Program-made: the position numbers and the translations under genes
The notes under the pieces: model-generated
What the model was told of the DNA's origin: nothing
Seen by the model: only the letters and a program-made list of their open reading frames with translations
Databases searched by the model: none
Assembly: GCA_951406725.2 (NCBI GenBank)
Contig: OX597824.1
Span: 5,146,001-5,210,000 of the forward strand
Direction of reading: 5' to 3'
DNA: 64,000 bases
From: Octopus vulgaris
Taxonomy: Eukaryota
Shown here: positions 12,541-26,751 of the stretch, in pieces
Layout of the letters: each line of letters opens with the position of its first letter
Numbering within the stretch: position 1 is the first letter of the stretch

Positions 12541-12982
12541 TATTTTCAGTCCCTTTAAAGTGTAGTAGTAGGAAGAAAGGGGAGAGAAGAAAGAGGGTGG
12601 AGAGAGGATGGGATGGTCGAAAGACATAGGTTGTACTTAGTGAGTTGGAGTGAAGATTGGCAAGCAGATACAATGAGATACAAACGACGGATATGTATGC
12701 ATTTAATTAAAGCGATTCAATATCGAATGAAGACATACCAAAGCGAAGCACGCCATAATTATTGGCGAGGCAGAAGAACGTAAATCAGGCAGTTAAATAA
12801 TATTCCATTATCATAGCACGGAATGCAGTGATGAAGGGAAATTTACTCTTGTTTGGTAATCCGTAACTCCAGTGGTATCCCGAAGTATCCAGAGATGGGT
12901 AGAACCGTAAGCGTGGCATAAAAGCATAATGAGGACAGACGAATGGGTTATCTGGAACTGGTGCCAGATGACCCACGAATAT

Positions 12983-13845
12983 TCTCTTTGCTCTCTTTTA
13001 CTTGTTTCAGTCATTTCACTGTGGCCATACTGGAGCACCACCTTTAATCGAACAAATCGACCCCAGGACTTATTCTTTGTGAGCCTAGTACTACTTAATA
13101 TATCGGTTTCTTTTACCGAACCGCTAAGTTACGGAGACATAAACACACCGACATCGGTTGTCAAGCGATGGTGGGAGACAAGCATAGACACACAAATACA
13201 TATATACACACATACATACATACGTACACACATACATATATATATATATATACATATTGTGTGGGTATCAGTTAGAGGAGTTTAATACATCTAAGGGATA
13301 ATTAAATCCAAAGTCGCTCCTGGTTATTACCTGGGAAGGTACAGTATTTTGTAAAGTTGTACGGTGGCAGATGGTTCGGTTGGAAGACCGTAGTTTAGGT
13401 TATGTAGGAGAAGAAAATGGATATAGTAACAAAGGGAGATTCGTCGTTTTCGCTGGTATGCCTTTAATTTAATTAGCTTTAATTTAAATGCGTTTAGTCA
13501 AACTCGGAAACCCACACCAAAATAATATTCACCCCGGTCTAATTGCCCAACAAGTCTTTTGCAATGAAACTTCTCCCCAGAGAAATTACCAGCGCAAGAA
13601 CAAAATTTAATGTAAGAATTACCATCTTTCCTTCTATTACCATCACACATGTATCAATTATTTTCGCATCTTAACCGATGTACCTATCTATTTTCGCATT
13701 CTGAAAGGATTTACTAAAACTAGCAAATCGAAACGATCGTAAATGCTACCTCCATCTTTGCTTCCTTCTTTGTTTTCTGATTAAATTAAAGGCATACCAG
13801 CAAAGACGACGAGTCTCCCCTTTTATTACATCCATTTTCTTCTCC

Positions 13846-13936
<91 letters not shown>

Positions 13937-14098
13937 GACAGGCTTCTTTCAGTTTCCGTCTACCAAATCTACTCACAAGGCTTTGGTCGGCCCGAGGCTA
14001 TAATAGAAGACAGTTGCCCAAGGTGCCACTCAGTGGAACTGAACCCGGAACCATGTGGTCGGGAAGCAAGCTTCTTACCACACAGCCACTCCTGTGCC
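12983..14098 (-). mobile_element. SINE family A split at its internal microsatellite by about 590 bp of inserted DNA
   Basis: The 3' half (12983-13255) and 5' half (13848-14098) are colinear and in the same orientation. Confidence 0.8.
13405..13847. mobile_element. MITE-like element with about 70-bp terminal inverted repeats, TA-flanked
   Basis: TAGGAGAAGAAAATGGAT...GCTGGTATGCCTTTAATTTAAT is mirrored by ATTAAATTAAAGGCATACCAGC...ATCCATTTTCTTCTCCTA. Confidence 0.85.
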
Positions 14099-14212
14099 TT
14101 AAAAGTCTTTATTGTGACGTAAACATGGCACAATCAGATGTGCAGTATGCACAACATTCATGAGATTGTTATACGTCAGTTATTTCTCAACTCCTCAGGT
14201 TTAATCATCTCC

Positions 14213-14299
<87 letters not shown>

Positions 14300-14363
14300 A
14301 TAATCTTGCTTTGCTGTTCCGCTAAATTAGCCATACATATTTACTGTTTGCATATTTCATCAG

Positions 14364-14464
14364 ATAATTCAGCTAAAGAGAGGAGGGCCAAGAATTCATC
14401 TCCCTTTCAAAGACGGAGATATTTGGAGGGATTTCGTGGCCATATCATTCACATATAAAACAAA
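14364..14464 (+). CDS. candidate internal coding exon (101 nt, phase 0 to 2), possibly the start of a laminin-G-like domain
   Basis: Acceptor tttactgtttgcatatttcatcAG and a perfect GTAAGT donor. Only one frame is open: IIQLKRGGPRIHLPFKDGDIWRDFVAISFTYKT. The domain guess rests only on the ISFTYKT strand pattern. Confidence 0.55.
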
Positions 14465-14819
14465 GTAAGTATATTGCGTCCAATAAATTCCACAGCCTTT
14501 TTCTTTTCGCATTTCTTGTCACAAGTCATAAATATGAACAACTTTTAATAAATAACTTTTAATAAATCAATATCATCTTTGATAGAACAAAATCTCCAGT
14601 GCTTTGGTAGAATAACAGAGAAATCTTCAACTTTTAAATAAAGAATTTCTTTATTGTTTTAACCTCCATAAAACATAAAAAACCATTAATATCGATCTTA
14701 CCTTCATACTCAATTCTCTTCGGATACATTCGTTCCAAGCATTTTTTATACAAAAATATTAAGTAATCTTAAGAAAAGGTATGTTGTGCCGATGAATTTA
14801 TTAAATACTACTTTCAGCC

Positions 14820-14870
14820 TGTTATTATTATTACTATTATTATTATTATTATTATTATTATTATCATTAC

Positions 14871-14922
<52 letters not shown>

Positions 14923-14938
14923 GTTATTATTATTTTTA

Positions 14939-14992
<54 letters not shown>
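14820..14992. repeat. (TTA)n microsatellite at the 3' end of the Dong element
   Basis: Direct sequence. Confidence 0.95.
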
Positions 14993-14993
<1 letters not shown>

Positions 14994-16178
14994 TTTTTTT
15001 TTCTTCTTTCAAATTTTCTTCCATTTCTTGCCGAGTGTCTTCCCGACTCCTAGGGCAAAGAAACTCATAGTGTATATTGGTAGGCCATTAAACCAAACTC
15101 AGTAGTTCGTTCATTTTTTTTTTTTTTTTTTTTTTTTAAAGTTAAATTAAAATACATGAGCAGCAACAGTTCTCACATCGACAATGCTCTTCTCAATACG
15201 TGTGATGTACCAGTTAAGACAATCTTTTGCACTTCTTGCAGGGATGGTAAGCCAGGGATCATTCTCATATAATTTTCGGTTCCCTTCTTGATCATTCCTA
15301 GTGCTCCTACGATCACTGGTATTGTAACCGCCTTGAGATGCCACATTTTCTCAATTTCAATGAGTAGGTCTTTATATTTTCTGAGCTTGTCAAACTCTTT
15401 CGCTGAGATATTATGATCACAGGGGATGCTCATGTCGATCAATAAGCAAACTTTATTGTTTTGGTCTTTCACAACAATATCTGGTTTATTGGCCTTGATG
15501 GTTCGGTCTGTATGTACTGGAAAGTCCCACAGAATGGTTACATTTTCTCCTTCAGTTACAGCCTCAGGGTGGTGATTATACCACTTGTCGGCAGTTTTGA
15601 TATTGTAATGCCGACTTATTAGCCAGTGGAGATATTGGCCAACTCTGTCATGTCTTAATTTATACTCCACTGGTGCTAAGACTTTACATCCAGAGATTAG
15701 GTGGTCCACTGTTTCAATCATGTCGTTGCAGAATCGGCATTTTGGGTCTGCTCCATTTTTCATCACATTGGCCTGGTAGTTCCGGGTTAATAGGCTTTGG
15801 TCTTGAGCAGCCAGGATGAAACCTTCGCTCTCTGCTTTTAGCCCTGAGCTCCGCAGCCACTGATGGGTTTGCTTCTGGTCAACATCAGCTTGTTTGCTGC
15901 GGGTCACATATTTGCCGTGCAGAGGTTTCTCCTCCCACCTATCAGCCAATTGCTCGTGCGCTTTTTTCATTGCCATCATTTTCACCTTCTTTGCAACAAT
16001 AGTTGCCGTACTTCCCTCGGGTTGTTCAGTTTGGGTATCCTGCACGAGATCAATAGCAAATTTTTTTTTCCTTGATGATAGAATGAAGCTTCTTTCGTCT
16101 CTCGTGATTTTCCACGAGCTTTAGCATCCAGTCATTCGATATTTCGAGATATTTGGCCAGTCCAATTGTGGTTGTTTT

Positions 16179-16180
<2 letters not shown>
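14993..16180 (-). mobile_element. 5'-truncated R4/Dong-clade non-LTR retrotransposon (CCHC + restriction-like endonuclease)
   Basis: ORF 15173-16045 has KPLHG, AAQDQ, CRFC..ETVDHLISGC, RHD, ILWD, KPDIVV..LIDMSIP, KYKDL and IVGALG. (TAA)n lies on both sides. Confidence 0.92.
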
Positions 16181-16230
<50 letters not shown>

Positions 16231-16452
16231 TACTACTACTACTTAAATGCTGTTAGACCAGACTTCTGTAATCTGATCTGAATAAAGTTAAGTTGTTGGC
16301 GAAAGAATTGTTTTCTTTTACTTTTATATATTTCGCATTTCGCGTGTCGAACTCATGTCTTCATGGACGAACATAAATCAACTTCTTTCCTTCCATCCTT
16401 TCATTTTTTTCCCGTTCCTTCTCTTTCTTTTGCTTTCATTTTTTCTGCATTC

Positions 16453-16524
<72 letters not shown>

Positions 16525-17009
16525 TCCTTCCTTTGTCCCTTTCTCCTCATCCTCTCTTTCTCCCTCCTCTCACTTTTACTTAATTCGCTCGTATCTTTCA
16601 CTACCTATGGCTGCCGTTAGGTAATCGTTAACGTTGGCAGACGAACTCTTACACATTGCAATACATCCTTCCTTTCAAAGATGGCAAGATATGAATCGAG
16701 GGGAATTTAGCCGTTACTCTAAGACGATCGAGCGACCACAACAATTCTGAATTTGCTGGCTTGTGGCTTAACATAAATTGGAAAATACAGACCAGACTGG
16801 CTGGAACAATCAATGCCGAGTATATAACGAACAGGTCGTTAACACCAAAACAACTGTAAACTTAATTAAATGGTGTTATATCTCAACAGGCAACTTCTTC
16901 CATATTATTAACTCGTCTGTATTGACGAGACAGCAAGACTTACACAATGCCTCCCAAGGGTCGATTAATGCAAAGTCCGCAAAAGAGAAATAAAGCAATC
17001 AACTCGAAA

Positions 17010-17010
17010 G

Positions 17011-17048
<38 letters not shown>

Positions 17049-17057
17049 GTCTGTTTG

Positions 17058-17132
<75 letters not shown>

Positions 17133-17149
17133 GTCTGTCTGTTTGTCTG

Positions 17150-17224
<75 letters not shown>

Positions 17225-17248
17225 GTCTGTCTGTCTATCTATCTATCC

Positions 17249-17322
<74 letters not shown>

Positions 17323-17361
17323 TTCTTCCTCTCGCTCTGTATATATATATGTGTGTATATA

Positions 17362-17419
<58 letters not shown>

Positions 17420-17420
17420 G
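17010..17420. repeat. (TCTA/TCTG)n + (TA)n microsatellite
   Basis: Direct sequence. Confidence 0.95.
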
Positions 17421-17470
17421 TGTACAGGCACAGACACTCTGTCTTACACTTCTGCGCATACACACACATA

Positions 17471-17700
17471 CGACTTAATCCGTTTGTCTGTCCTTGTTTG
17501 TCCTCTCTATGTTTAGCCCCTTGTGGGTAGTAAAGAAATAGAAGTCGGCCTTTCGTCTGGCGCTACGTTCTGAGTTCAAATTACCCCGAGGTCGACTTTG
17601 CTTTTCATCCTTTCAGGGTCGATAAGTTAAGTACCAGACAAGTACTATTACTCTCCCCACAAATTGCTGTCCTTGTGGCAAAACAATTGAAGACAATATT
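17471..17700 (+). mobile_element. SINE family B tandem fragment (tail joined to a head-truncated unit)
   Basis: GCCCCTTGTGGGTAGTAAAGAAATA is followed by TTTCGTCTGGCGCTACGTTCTGAGTTCAAA. Confidence 0.8.
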
Positions 17701-18224
17701 TCTAACTCAATGCTTTGTAATAAATATATTCACTTTTACATAAACCATTTGCATTTGAGTAGGAAGTCCAAAGAGAGCGAGTTGTGATGTCCATTCCTCT
17801 CTTTCCTTCAGCCAATTCTATCATCAGTATATATGAAATAAAATTAAATGACATATATCAGTGGAGGATCGAAATTGCTCTCTCGCAATTTCAAATATTT
17901 TAGAGCCTTAGTTATTGAACAAGAGCTATTTTTTTCTGCATCTCTCCTACGAATTAAAGTAATCTAAACAAAATTTTCAAATAACCTACCAAACCATTCA
18001 AGATATATCGATCCTCCAGATGGAACTCTCTCTGCTTTCTCTCCTTTTATCTCCTTTTCTCTCCTTTTCTCTTTGCTACGCTACGCGCATAAAAAGCCGG
18101 AGGTTTTCAGTCAAAAGAACAACACATGTGAAGTGGATTAGTTGCCTCTTCTGAGCGGAACATCTTCACTTCAGCCGAGGATTTAAAAGAATAGAATGGA
18201 TAAAAGCAAATCAATAAGTAAAGT

Positions 18225-18282
<58 letters not shown>

Positions 18283-18880
18283 CACGAATAACGAAACAGA
18301 AAAGAAGAAAAAGTGGGAAGTGAAAGAAACAAAAATGATTACTGTATTATTTAAGCGCTAAATTAATTTCACGCTTTGGCTGTTTCTCACAGGAAATTTA
18401 TAATTATGGTCGTGGTTCCAAACAGATTTCTTTCTTGTCTGTTTAAGTTTAAATGTTTACTGCTCACACCAATTTACTGGCGGATGGAAACAGTAGACAC
18501 ACAGAGACCAAATTTAATGCCAAAAACACAAGAATTCGAAAATAATTGTGCTGATAATTCGTGGAATAATTCATTGGTTACAGAAGAGAGTCAAGGAATG
18601 GATAATTCCTGAACTGAATTAAAGCCAATATTAATTTATAAAAGATTTGAAACTGCGATGCTAAGATAAGTTTGCGCCGAGTCAGAAGCGTCAGTTTAAG
18701 AAGTTTGCTGTGAAATTTGGTTCCTGGTTCGATTGTCACATTGCAGTTGAATACGAAAATTAGTGAATGAAATTAGGTAGGGAGACAAAAGCTATGGGTT
18801 GTAGACTTGGTTAATCTTTCATCCGGTTTAAAACCATACCAATATGAAGAGACTATAACTAGAATCATCGTCATACTCAT

Positions 18881-19111
18881 CTATTTCTTTACTACCCACA
18901 AGGGGCTAAACACAGAGGAGACAAACAAGGACAGACAAACGGATTAAGTCGATTACATCGACCCCAATGCGAACTAGTACTTTATTTATCTACCCCGAAA
19001 GGATGAAAGGCAAAGTCGACCTCGGCGGAATTTGAACTCAGAACGTAACGGCAGACGGAATACCGCAAAGCATTTCGCCTGACGTGCTAACGTTTCTGCC
19101 AGCTCACCGCC
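18881..19111 (-). mobile_element. full-length SINE family B
   Basis: Head GGCGGTGAGCTGGCAGAAACGTTAG, B box GAGTTCAAATTCC and central GCCTTTCATCCTTTCGGGGT.GATAAAT domain. Confidence 0.92.
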
Positions 19112-19811
19112 TTCGTCGTCACACTCATCTCCATCACCAGCATATCTACAACCAGAAATATATATATGTGATAACAATAACGGTGTATTAATCAATGATA
19201 ATTATTTGTTTTAATTGACCGGCAATAATGGGAGGCAATTACGAATATGTTTTGGCTTTATTCTATCACACCGACGAAATGGCAACTGCGAGAAAAGATA
19301 TATTTTAATGATGAGGCAAGTATAAGACCGAAACAACTTGAAAGCAGTCCAAATCACTAAATGCTCTTAGTTGTTATTGTATAGCCTGAACTGTATAAAC
19401 CAGTGTGTTATTTTTATAACAGCAGGGTGTGCTCTGAAGGAGATGTAACTGAAATTTCTTCAGATCTTCTGACAATGTCGAAGATCAATCGTTTTTTTGT
19501 TTCATACAGAACAATGAAACAAATGTTCTGATTTGCACCGACAGGCCTTTATAACGTAAACTTTAATGTATTTGGGTATTTTCCAGTTGACACAACTTGA
19601 TAAACGCAGATATTTTCGTTTATCAGGTTGAATATTTTCGAAATAACATGTGAGAGACATAAGTCGATATTTGTGGGAGTGTGGGGCGTTGGTGTAATAC
19701 GAGTGCTCGAGTGCTCTAGATGCAAACATATATACATAAATACATACCTACATACACATACATCAATGCATACATAAAAACATACATACATACATACATA
19801 CATACATACAT

Positions 19812-19854
<43 letters not shown>

Positions 19855-19884
19855 TGCGTACACACACACACATAAATATGTAGC

Positions 19885-20075
19885 TGAAATTTATAGAGAA
19901 ACAAAAGACGAAAACAGGTGTATGAACAACAACCAGGTGTAATAGTTTGACGCTCGGGAAAATGAAAAAATATTTTTACGTTTCGAGCCTACGCTCTTCA
20001 ACCGATAGGAATAAGGGAAAATAAACAGAGAGAGAATGAAAAAAAATTGTAGATTTAGCAGTCAAGCATGGCGAA
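19885..20075 (-). mobile_element. short PLE-terminus-like repeat with a degenerate hammerhead motif
   Basis: Minus strand CGGTTGA-A-GAGC-GTAG-GCTC-GAAACGTA. Homologous to 24700-24846 and 25822-25944. Confidence 0.65.
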
Positions 20076-20774
20076 TATATATATATATATATATTAAAAA
20101 AAAGGGAGAACGCAAAACATCCGGACAGCTAGATGATACAAAAAGGGACAACAAAACATCCAGATAAACGATACAAAGAAAACAAGGACGGGTCAATCGA
20201 AGTCTTCTACCCTCAGTCATCCTCGCAGTTTCGACTGATTATTCTTAAGATTGCTCCAATCTGGCCAGCCCAAGGAAAACCTAAGCTAAGAGAATTAGAT
20301 TCCTTGGAAGAAAGCAGCGAATGTATACAAAAACAAGGACGGAAAAAACGGACAAAATTACAAAAATATAAATACAATAATAAATGCAATAATAATAATA
20401 ATATTAATAATAATAATAATAACAGGGCATAACAACAAGTGTATATACATACATACATACATACATACATACATACATACATACATACATACACACACAC
20501 ACATATATATATGTACGTATGTATGTAAATGCACCACGCACAAGGAATATGAATGCTCGATAGTATACACAAATAGAAGTACTCAATAAAATAGAATGAT
20601 ACAATGTCATAAATTAAAAGCTGAGGTTTAATCGATTCCCCGAATTACAACTTTCTGCTTATTGAGCATTAGAAAAGGTGCAAGCGAATATGGGTGAATA
20701 TGCAGATGAACAATCAACCAACTGGCAGGTTTTCGATAAAAACTGCACTGAATTATTTAAGGAATTTTAGTAGA

Positions 20775-21400
20775 ATTAAATCTCTGGATAATTGCTAAAA
20801 TTTAGCGAATAGCAGATACCACCCCCGCCACAGGAAACTCACTGAAATATTGCAGGTTATCAGCATCAAATCTTATCACCCCAAGCATGTTAAATAATTT
20901 TGCAAAACATATTGTTATCCGGTTATTTAATATTTCATAAGATAAAATTAAAAATTTATTTCTAAATTTTAATAATTCTTTTTATAATGCAGCAACTTAT
21001 CATAATGGAACCTTAAGACATGGAGATGCAGCGATAAACATTCATCATTTATTAAATAATTACAGCAAACCATAAAAATTAAAAAAAACGAAGGAAAAGA
21101 AGCATAAAACTAATAAGGTATTAACCACTTTATAAGTTTGCTGAACCAACACCAATTTTGTAAAGAAAAAAAATGTTATATAAGCACGTCTCTAACAATA
21201 ACAAATATTGAAACATATTCAATAGAAATAACATAAAAATTAGTTATTCCTTTATAAAAAAGTCAGAACGAAAGTGAATAGCTTTACACATCCTGAAGAT
21301 CAGGCTGAGATAGCCTGGAAATGTTGATAAAGTAAGCGAATTATTTGCCGATACGCAGACACCAAAATATTTTAATAAAAATAAAACGATTAAATTTGAA
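20775..21400 (+). mobile_element. decayed Penelope-like element (RT C-terminus plus 3' terminal region)
   Basis: IKSLDNC*NLANSRYHPRHRK...IKSYHPKHVK...IRLFNIS...NNSFYNAA parallels the PLE pattern FLDxxLNL..YxPYRKP..SNHP..RLS..FYNxAL. Confidence 0.6.
21290..21328 (+). ncRNA. minimal type I hammerhead ribozyme motif
   Basis: ATC-CTGAAGA-T-CAGGCT(GAGAT)AGCCTG-GAAA-TG-TT-GAT, with a canonical core and a 6-bp stem II. Confidence 0.65.
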
Positions 21401-21509
21401 CATATACCTAGGTTTTCAATATATGTCTAAAAAACGGCTGTTTCTATGAACGCACACACACACACAGACTAGCACACACATATGTATTTTATATACACAT
21501 ACTTATAAA

Positions 21510-21832
21510 CTGGCTCTCCGTCGGTTGCGCCGCCGTGTGTTCCCGTTGATCCGATCAATGGAACAGCCTACTCATAAAATTAACACGTAAGTGGCTGAGT
21601 TCTCCACAGACAGGCATACCCTCTTAACATAGTCCTCAGGGAGATTCAGCATGACACAGAATGTGACAAGCTGGCCCCACTTGAATTACAAGTACCACTC
21701 ATTTTTGCCAACTGAATGGACTAGAGCAACGTGAAATAAAGTATCTTTCCCAAGAACACAGCATACCACTGTTGAACTTATGACCTATGATCGTGAACCG
21801 AATACCCCTAACCACTAAGCCATGCGCCTTCA
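21510..21832 (-). mobile_element. tRNA-derived SINE family D
   Basis: Head GAAGGCGCATGGCTTAGTGGTTAGGG, shared with 4600-4836. Confidence 0.8.
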
Positions 21833-22247
21833 TTACACACACACACGCGTGTGCAGATACGCATAGACATATGCATAGATTGACACACACATATATGCAT
21901 ATAGGTAATTGGAAGCGCTTAAAATAACAAACAAGAAGCTATCTGCACGTCTCTTCATTCTGACGAGAGACCGAATAGTCTTAAGCATTCGATGCATCCG
22001 TTTCTGCATCCATTGTCGTTTATATTTTGCATCGGATTGTATTAGCATTCGCAAACACGAGATCCCTCTTCCGATGCCATTATCTGGCATCTTGTGCATA
22101 ACATCTTATCTGGCATCTTTGAGCATAACATGAGGATTATCTTAGAGATACACATTTCTGTAGAATACTCACCCACAATTCAACCGGTCGATTAGTTGAT
22201 TAGTTAAGTAAATAGTCATCGTCGAAACTGACGGAGTTCAATTTATG

Positions 22248-22290
<43 letters not shown>

Positions 22291-22444
22291 TATTCTGCAT
22301 ATGAGTACATTAGTAACATTTTCTGTCTAGTAACTATCGTTATTAAAATATATTGTTTGTATTAATTCTCTCTCTTTCTCTCACCCACTCTTTCTCTGTC
22401 TGTCTCTCTCTCTCACTCACTCTTTCTCTCTGTCTCTCTGTCTG

Positions 22445-22475
<31 letters not shown>

Positions 22476-23325
22476 TTCTCTCTCTATTTTTTACTTTCAT
22501 TAAGGACAATGGACTTTTTATCGCTCTCCATCGCTGCTCTTTAAAAGACTTCCTACGGAAATTTCTTGCTGATATTTGTCTGATGAATATAATTTTTTTT
22601 TCTCCCGAAAGCACAGAAATCTTTATTCTTTGTATTTGGTAACAAAGCAGCCGGTTCAATGACAAGAATCGCAGAAATGTGATAGATTTTTCAACGTTCG
22701 CCAGCTTACTTTGCAGATCAAAAGAATAACATTATTTACGCTCCAATAAACGGAATTACAAACACACATACACATACTCACAAACGCACACCTAAATACA
22801 TATGTTCCTATGTGCACACACACAAACACGCAGAGACACACAGAGACACACACACACAGTCATTGATCATCAAAGAGGCCAATTTCACACGACTGATGTT
22901 CGTTGCATTGTTGCCTCTTAATGGAAATTGAATATGCGATGAGTAGATTTTGAAGCTACCATTTATATGCGGTATTCAACAGTAAAACATCCGTTTTTTA
23001 GCAATAAGTTCGTGGACTCAAGTTCATGAAAATTGTGATTGCTTACATGATACAAACCACCATGTTTATATTTGAATTTATCGTTTTATCTGTTCATTCG
23101 AAAGCTTTCAAATGGGAGATAGACAAACACACACACACACGCTCACGCGTATACATCAATCACTCATTCAATTAACCAATCAGTCAATCAGATCAGTCAT
23201 TTTTCTACACTTCTCGGTAAAAGATATACAAACAAACTTTCGGTTTTGGAGGAGCGGTTTCCATTTTTTGTAAAAAACGTTCTAGTTTTCTTGGGTAGTG
23301 ACAGACATTGTTGAATATAATCTGG

Positions 23326-23442
23326 TTCTTATTCTATCGGTGCATTTTGCTGAGCTGCTAAGTTAAAGGGGCGTCAATAAACCAATACCGGTTATCAAGT
23401 GGTGTTGAGGATGCTGATGATAGAAATATATGCATGTATGGC

Positions 23443-23475
<33 letters not shown>

Positions 23476-23667
23476 ACACACATACCCACACACACACACA
23501 CACTCTGGAGTTCCACACAGTTACCATCCAACAAATTCACATACAAGGTATTGGTTGACTCTGGGCTATAGGAGAAAACATTTGGCCAAGGTGCTGTGCA
23601 GTGGGATTGAACAAGAAACCACATGGTCGTAAATCGAGCTTCTTTACCACAGAATCACGACTGTGCC
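23326..23667 (-). mobile_element. diverged SINE family A
   Basis: Colinear but degenerate match to family A. Confidence 0.75.
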
Positions 23668-23775
23668 TACATCTATAGCTTAAAGTTATAGTATAATGCC
23701 GTCCTTTATATATGAGCCCTAAGTCATCATACCTAGCTATTCCGGCGCCCTACAAGTTGATGTGCCTCGATTATA

Positions 23776-23931
23776 CTGGCTCTATGGTAAGACGCTTGCT
23801 TCCCAACCACATGGTTCCGGGTTCAGTCCCACTGCGTGGCACCTTGTGCAAGTGTCTTCTCTACTATAGCCTCGGGCCGACCAAAGCCTTGCGAGTGGAT
23901 TTGGTAGACGGAAACTGAAAGAAGCCCGTCC

Positions 23932-24012
<81 letters not shown>

Positions 24013-24199
24013 TTGTCCCCCACCATTGCTACACAACCGATGTCCCCGTTACTTAGCGGTTTGGCAAAAGAGACAGATGGAATAAGTACTAAGCTTACAA
24101 AGAATAAGTCCTGGGGTCGATTTCGTCGACCAAAGGAGGTGTTCCAGCATGGCCGCAGTCAAATGACTGAAACAAGTAAAAGAGTGAAAGAATAAAAGA

Positions 24200-24200
<1 letters not shown>
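23776..24200 (+). mobile_element. SINE family A
   Basis: Head, CORE-like domain and tail are all present. Confidence 0.9.
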
Positions 24201-24271
<71 letters not shown>

Positions 24272-24479
24272 TGTATGTATGTATGTATGTATGTATGTAT
24301 GTATGTATGTATGTGTGTGTGCCTTTCTCTCTCTCTCTAATATACATGCATATATATATATCGGCTCTCCCACACCCCAACACTGACACACCACACCACC
24401 ACACACCACAACACCACACACCACCATACCACACTACACCACATCACACCACGCCGCACACACTAGCACTGTCCACTTC

Positions 24480-25214
<735 letters not shown>

Positions 25215-25791
25215 AAAAATCGTTTTTTTTAGAGAGCTGGAATAGTCATGCGAAGTACAATTTTAATTCAGGGCTGAATTAGGGATAAATAGCAACAGCA
25301 GAAGCAACGACCACAACAAATAGACTTTCCTCACCCGTCTCCTTTCCTCATTCAAATTTAGCTGCGACCTGAGCGTCCATTACTTTTCTCCAAAATTATT
25401 TATATGTAAATTCCCACTGATTCCGGTGATTAACCTAAGAAATTATTCTACAACTGTTTTGTAACCAATTCGTGCATATTTCAATAAACAGAAAAATTTT
25501 AATCGCATGATAACATTCAAATTAGAAAACTTAAGACAATTTAATTACTCGTTGTTCCATTATGAAGGGGCCTTGTTTCTCGACAATGTTTTGTTTTACA
25601 GCGTGGTTTAAGTCTGAATAAATTCCGACAATGAATTGTTGCGTGAATAAACCACACGACGTTAACCACGAGAAATGCGTTTTTAGATATGGTTTAACCT
25701 TTTGTCTGCAAGGGCGCATGGTTTATTATATGAAATCGCGATAATTGGAAATTGATTTCTTTCGAAATGAAAAGGTAACACTGCATAAAGT

Positions 25792-25821
<30 letters not shown>

Positions 25822-25825
<4 letters not shown>

Positions 25826-25944
25826 GGGAGAGTTCACGAAAAAACAAACAAACAAAAGACGAAGACAGGTGGTGTAGAAAACAAACAGATGTATTAGTAT
25901 AACGCTCAGGAAATGTAAAAAGTGTTTTACGTTTCGAGCCTACG
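25822..25944 (-). mobile_element. truncated copy of the hammerhead-bearing short repeat
   Basis: Starts inside stem II (CGTAGGCTCGAAACGTAAAAC) and ends in (TA)n. Confidence 0.65.
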
Positions 25945-26644
25945 AGAGAAAAAATGTTTGTAGTGGCTACCGATACGGCCATGCTGGGGCATTTTCTTGA
26001 AGTGTTCTGGTGATCAAATAGACGTCAATACGTGTTCTCAATATCGTATGTATTCTATCGGTAGTAGGCAGGTCTTTATAACACGCCTTGTGTCTCCAAG
26101 CAATCTTCGGGCTCTGAGTATATGGTCTGTTCAATTTGAAAACCAGGACGCTGGGAAATGAAAAGCCATGAGAAAACGACAAAAAGGTTCAGGTAAAAAG
26201 TGGAAGAGTAAATAAAAACGGAAAAGGAAAAAGAAAATTAGAGTCACGTCTCCATCGATCTGTCTGTCTGCTTGCCTGCCTGCCTGCCTGTCTGTCTGTC
26301 TATTTGTCTGTCTAAGCGAATGCCTGAACTACTGGGCCATGCATTAGCATTTGGAGTGGAACCAGTCTACAGGAATACTTGAAATTTCTTTTGCATGAAG
26401 TAAACTTCTCATTATTTGATTGAGTCGTTTTAAGTGTAATCATGCGACGTTTCGAAACGTAATGTTTCCTGGATTTTGTTACCAATTTGCAAAATGAGGT
26501 TTATGAAAGTTGTTTCAAAAATCTATAGAATGTGGCTTCGTGATTGGATTCTATATGTATGTGTATGTGCGTGTGTGTGTATATATATATATATACGCAC
26601 ATACACACAAGCACACTTATATATGCACATACATATTTACACAT

Positions 26645-26709
<65 letters not shown>

Positions 26710-26751
26710 AATATATATATACATATATATACATACACGCATGAGTATACA

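Noticed and set aside
22575-22620. CTGATGA...GAAAGC hammerhead-like string (similar weak cases near 19310, 34180 and 54360)
   Set aside because: Stem II, the UH triplet or core residues are missing.
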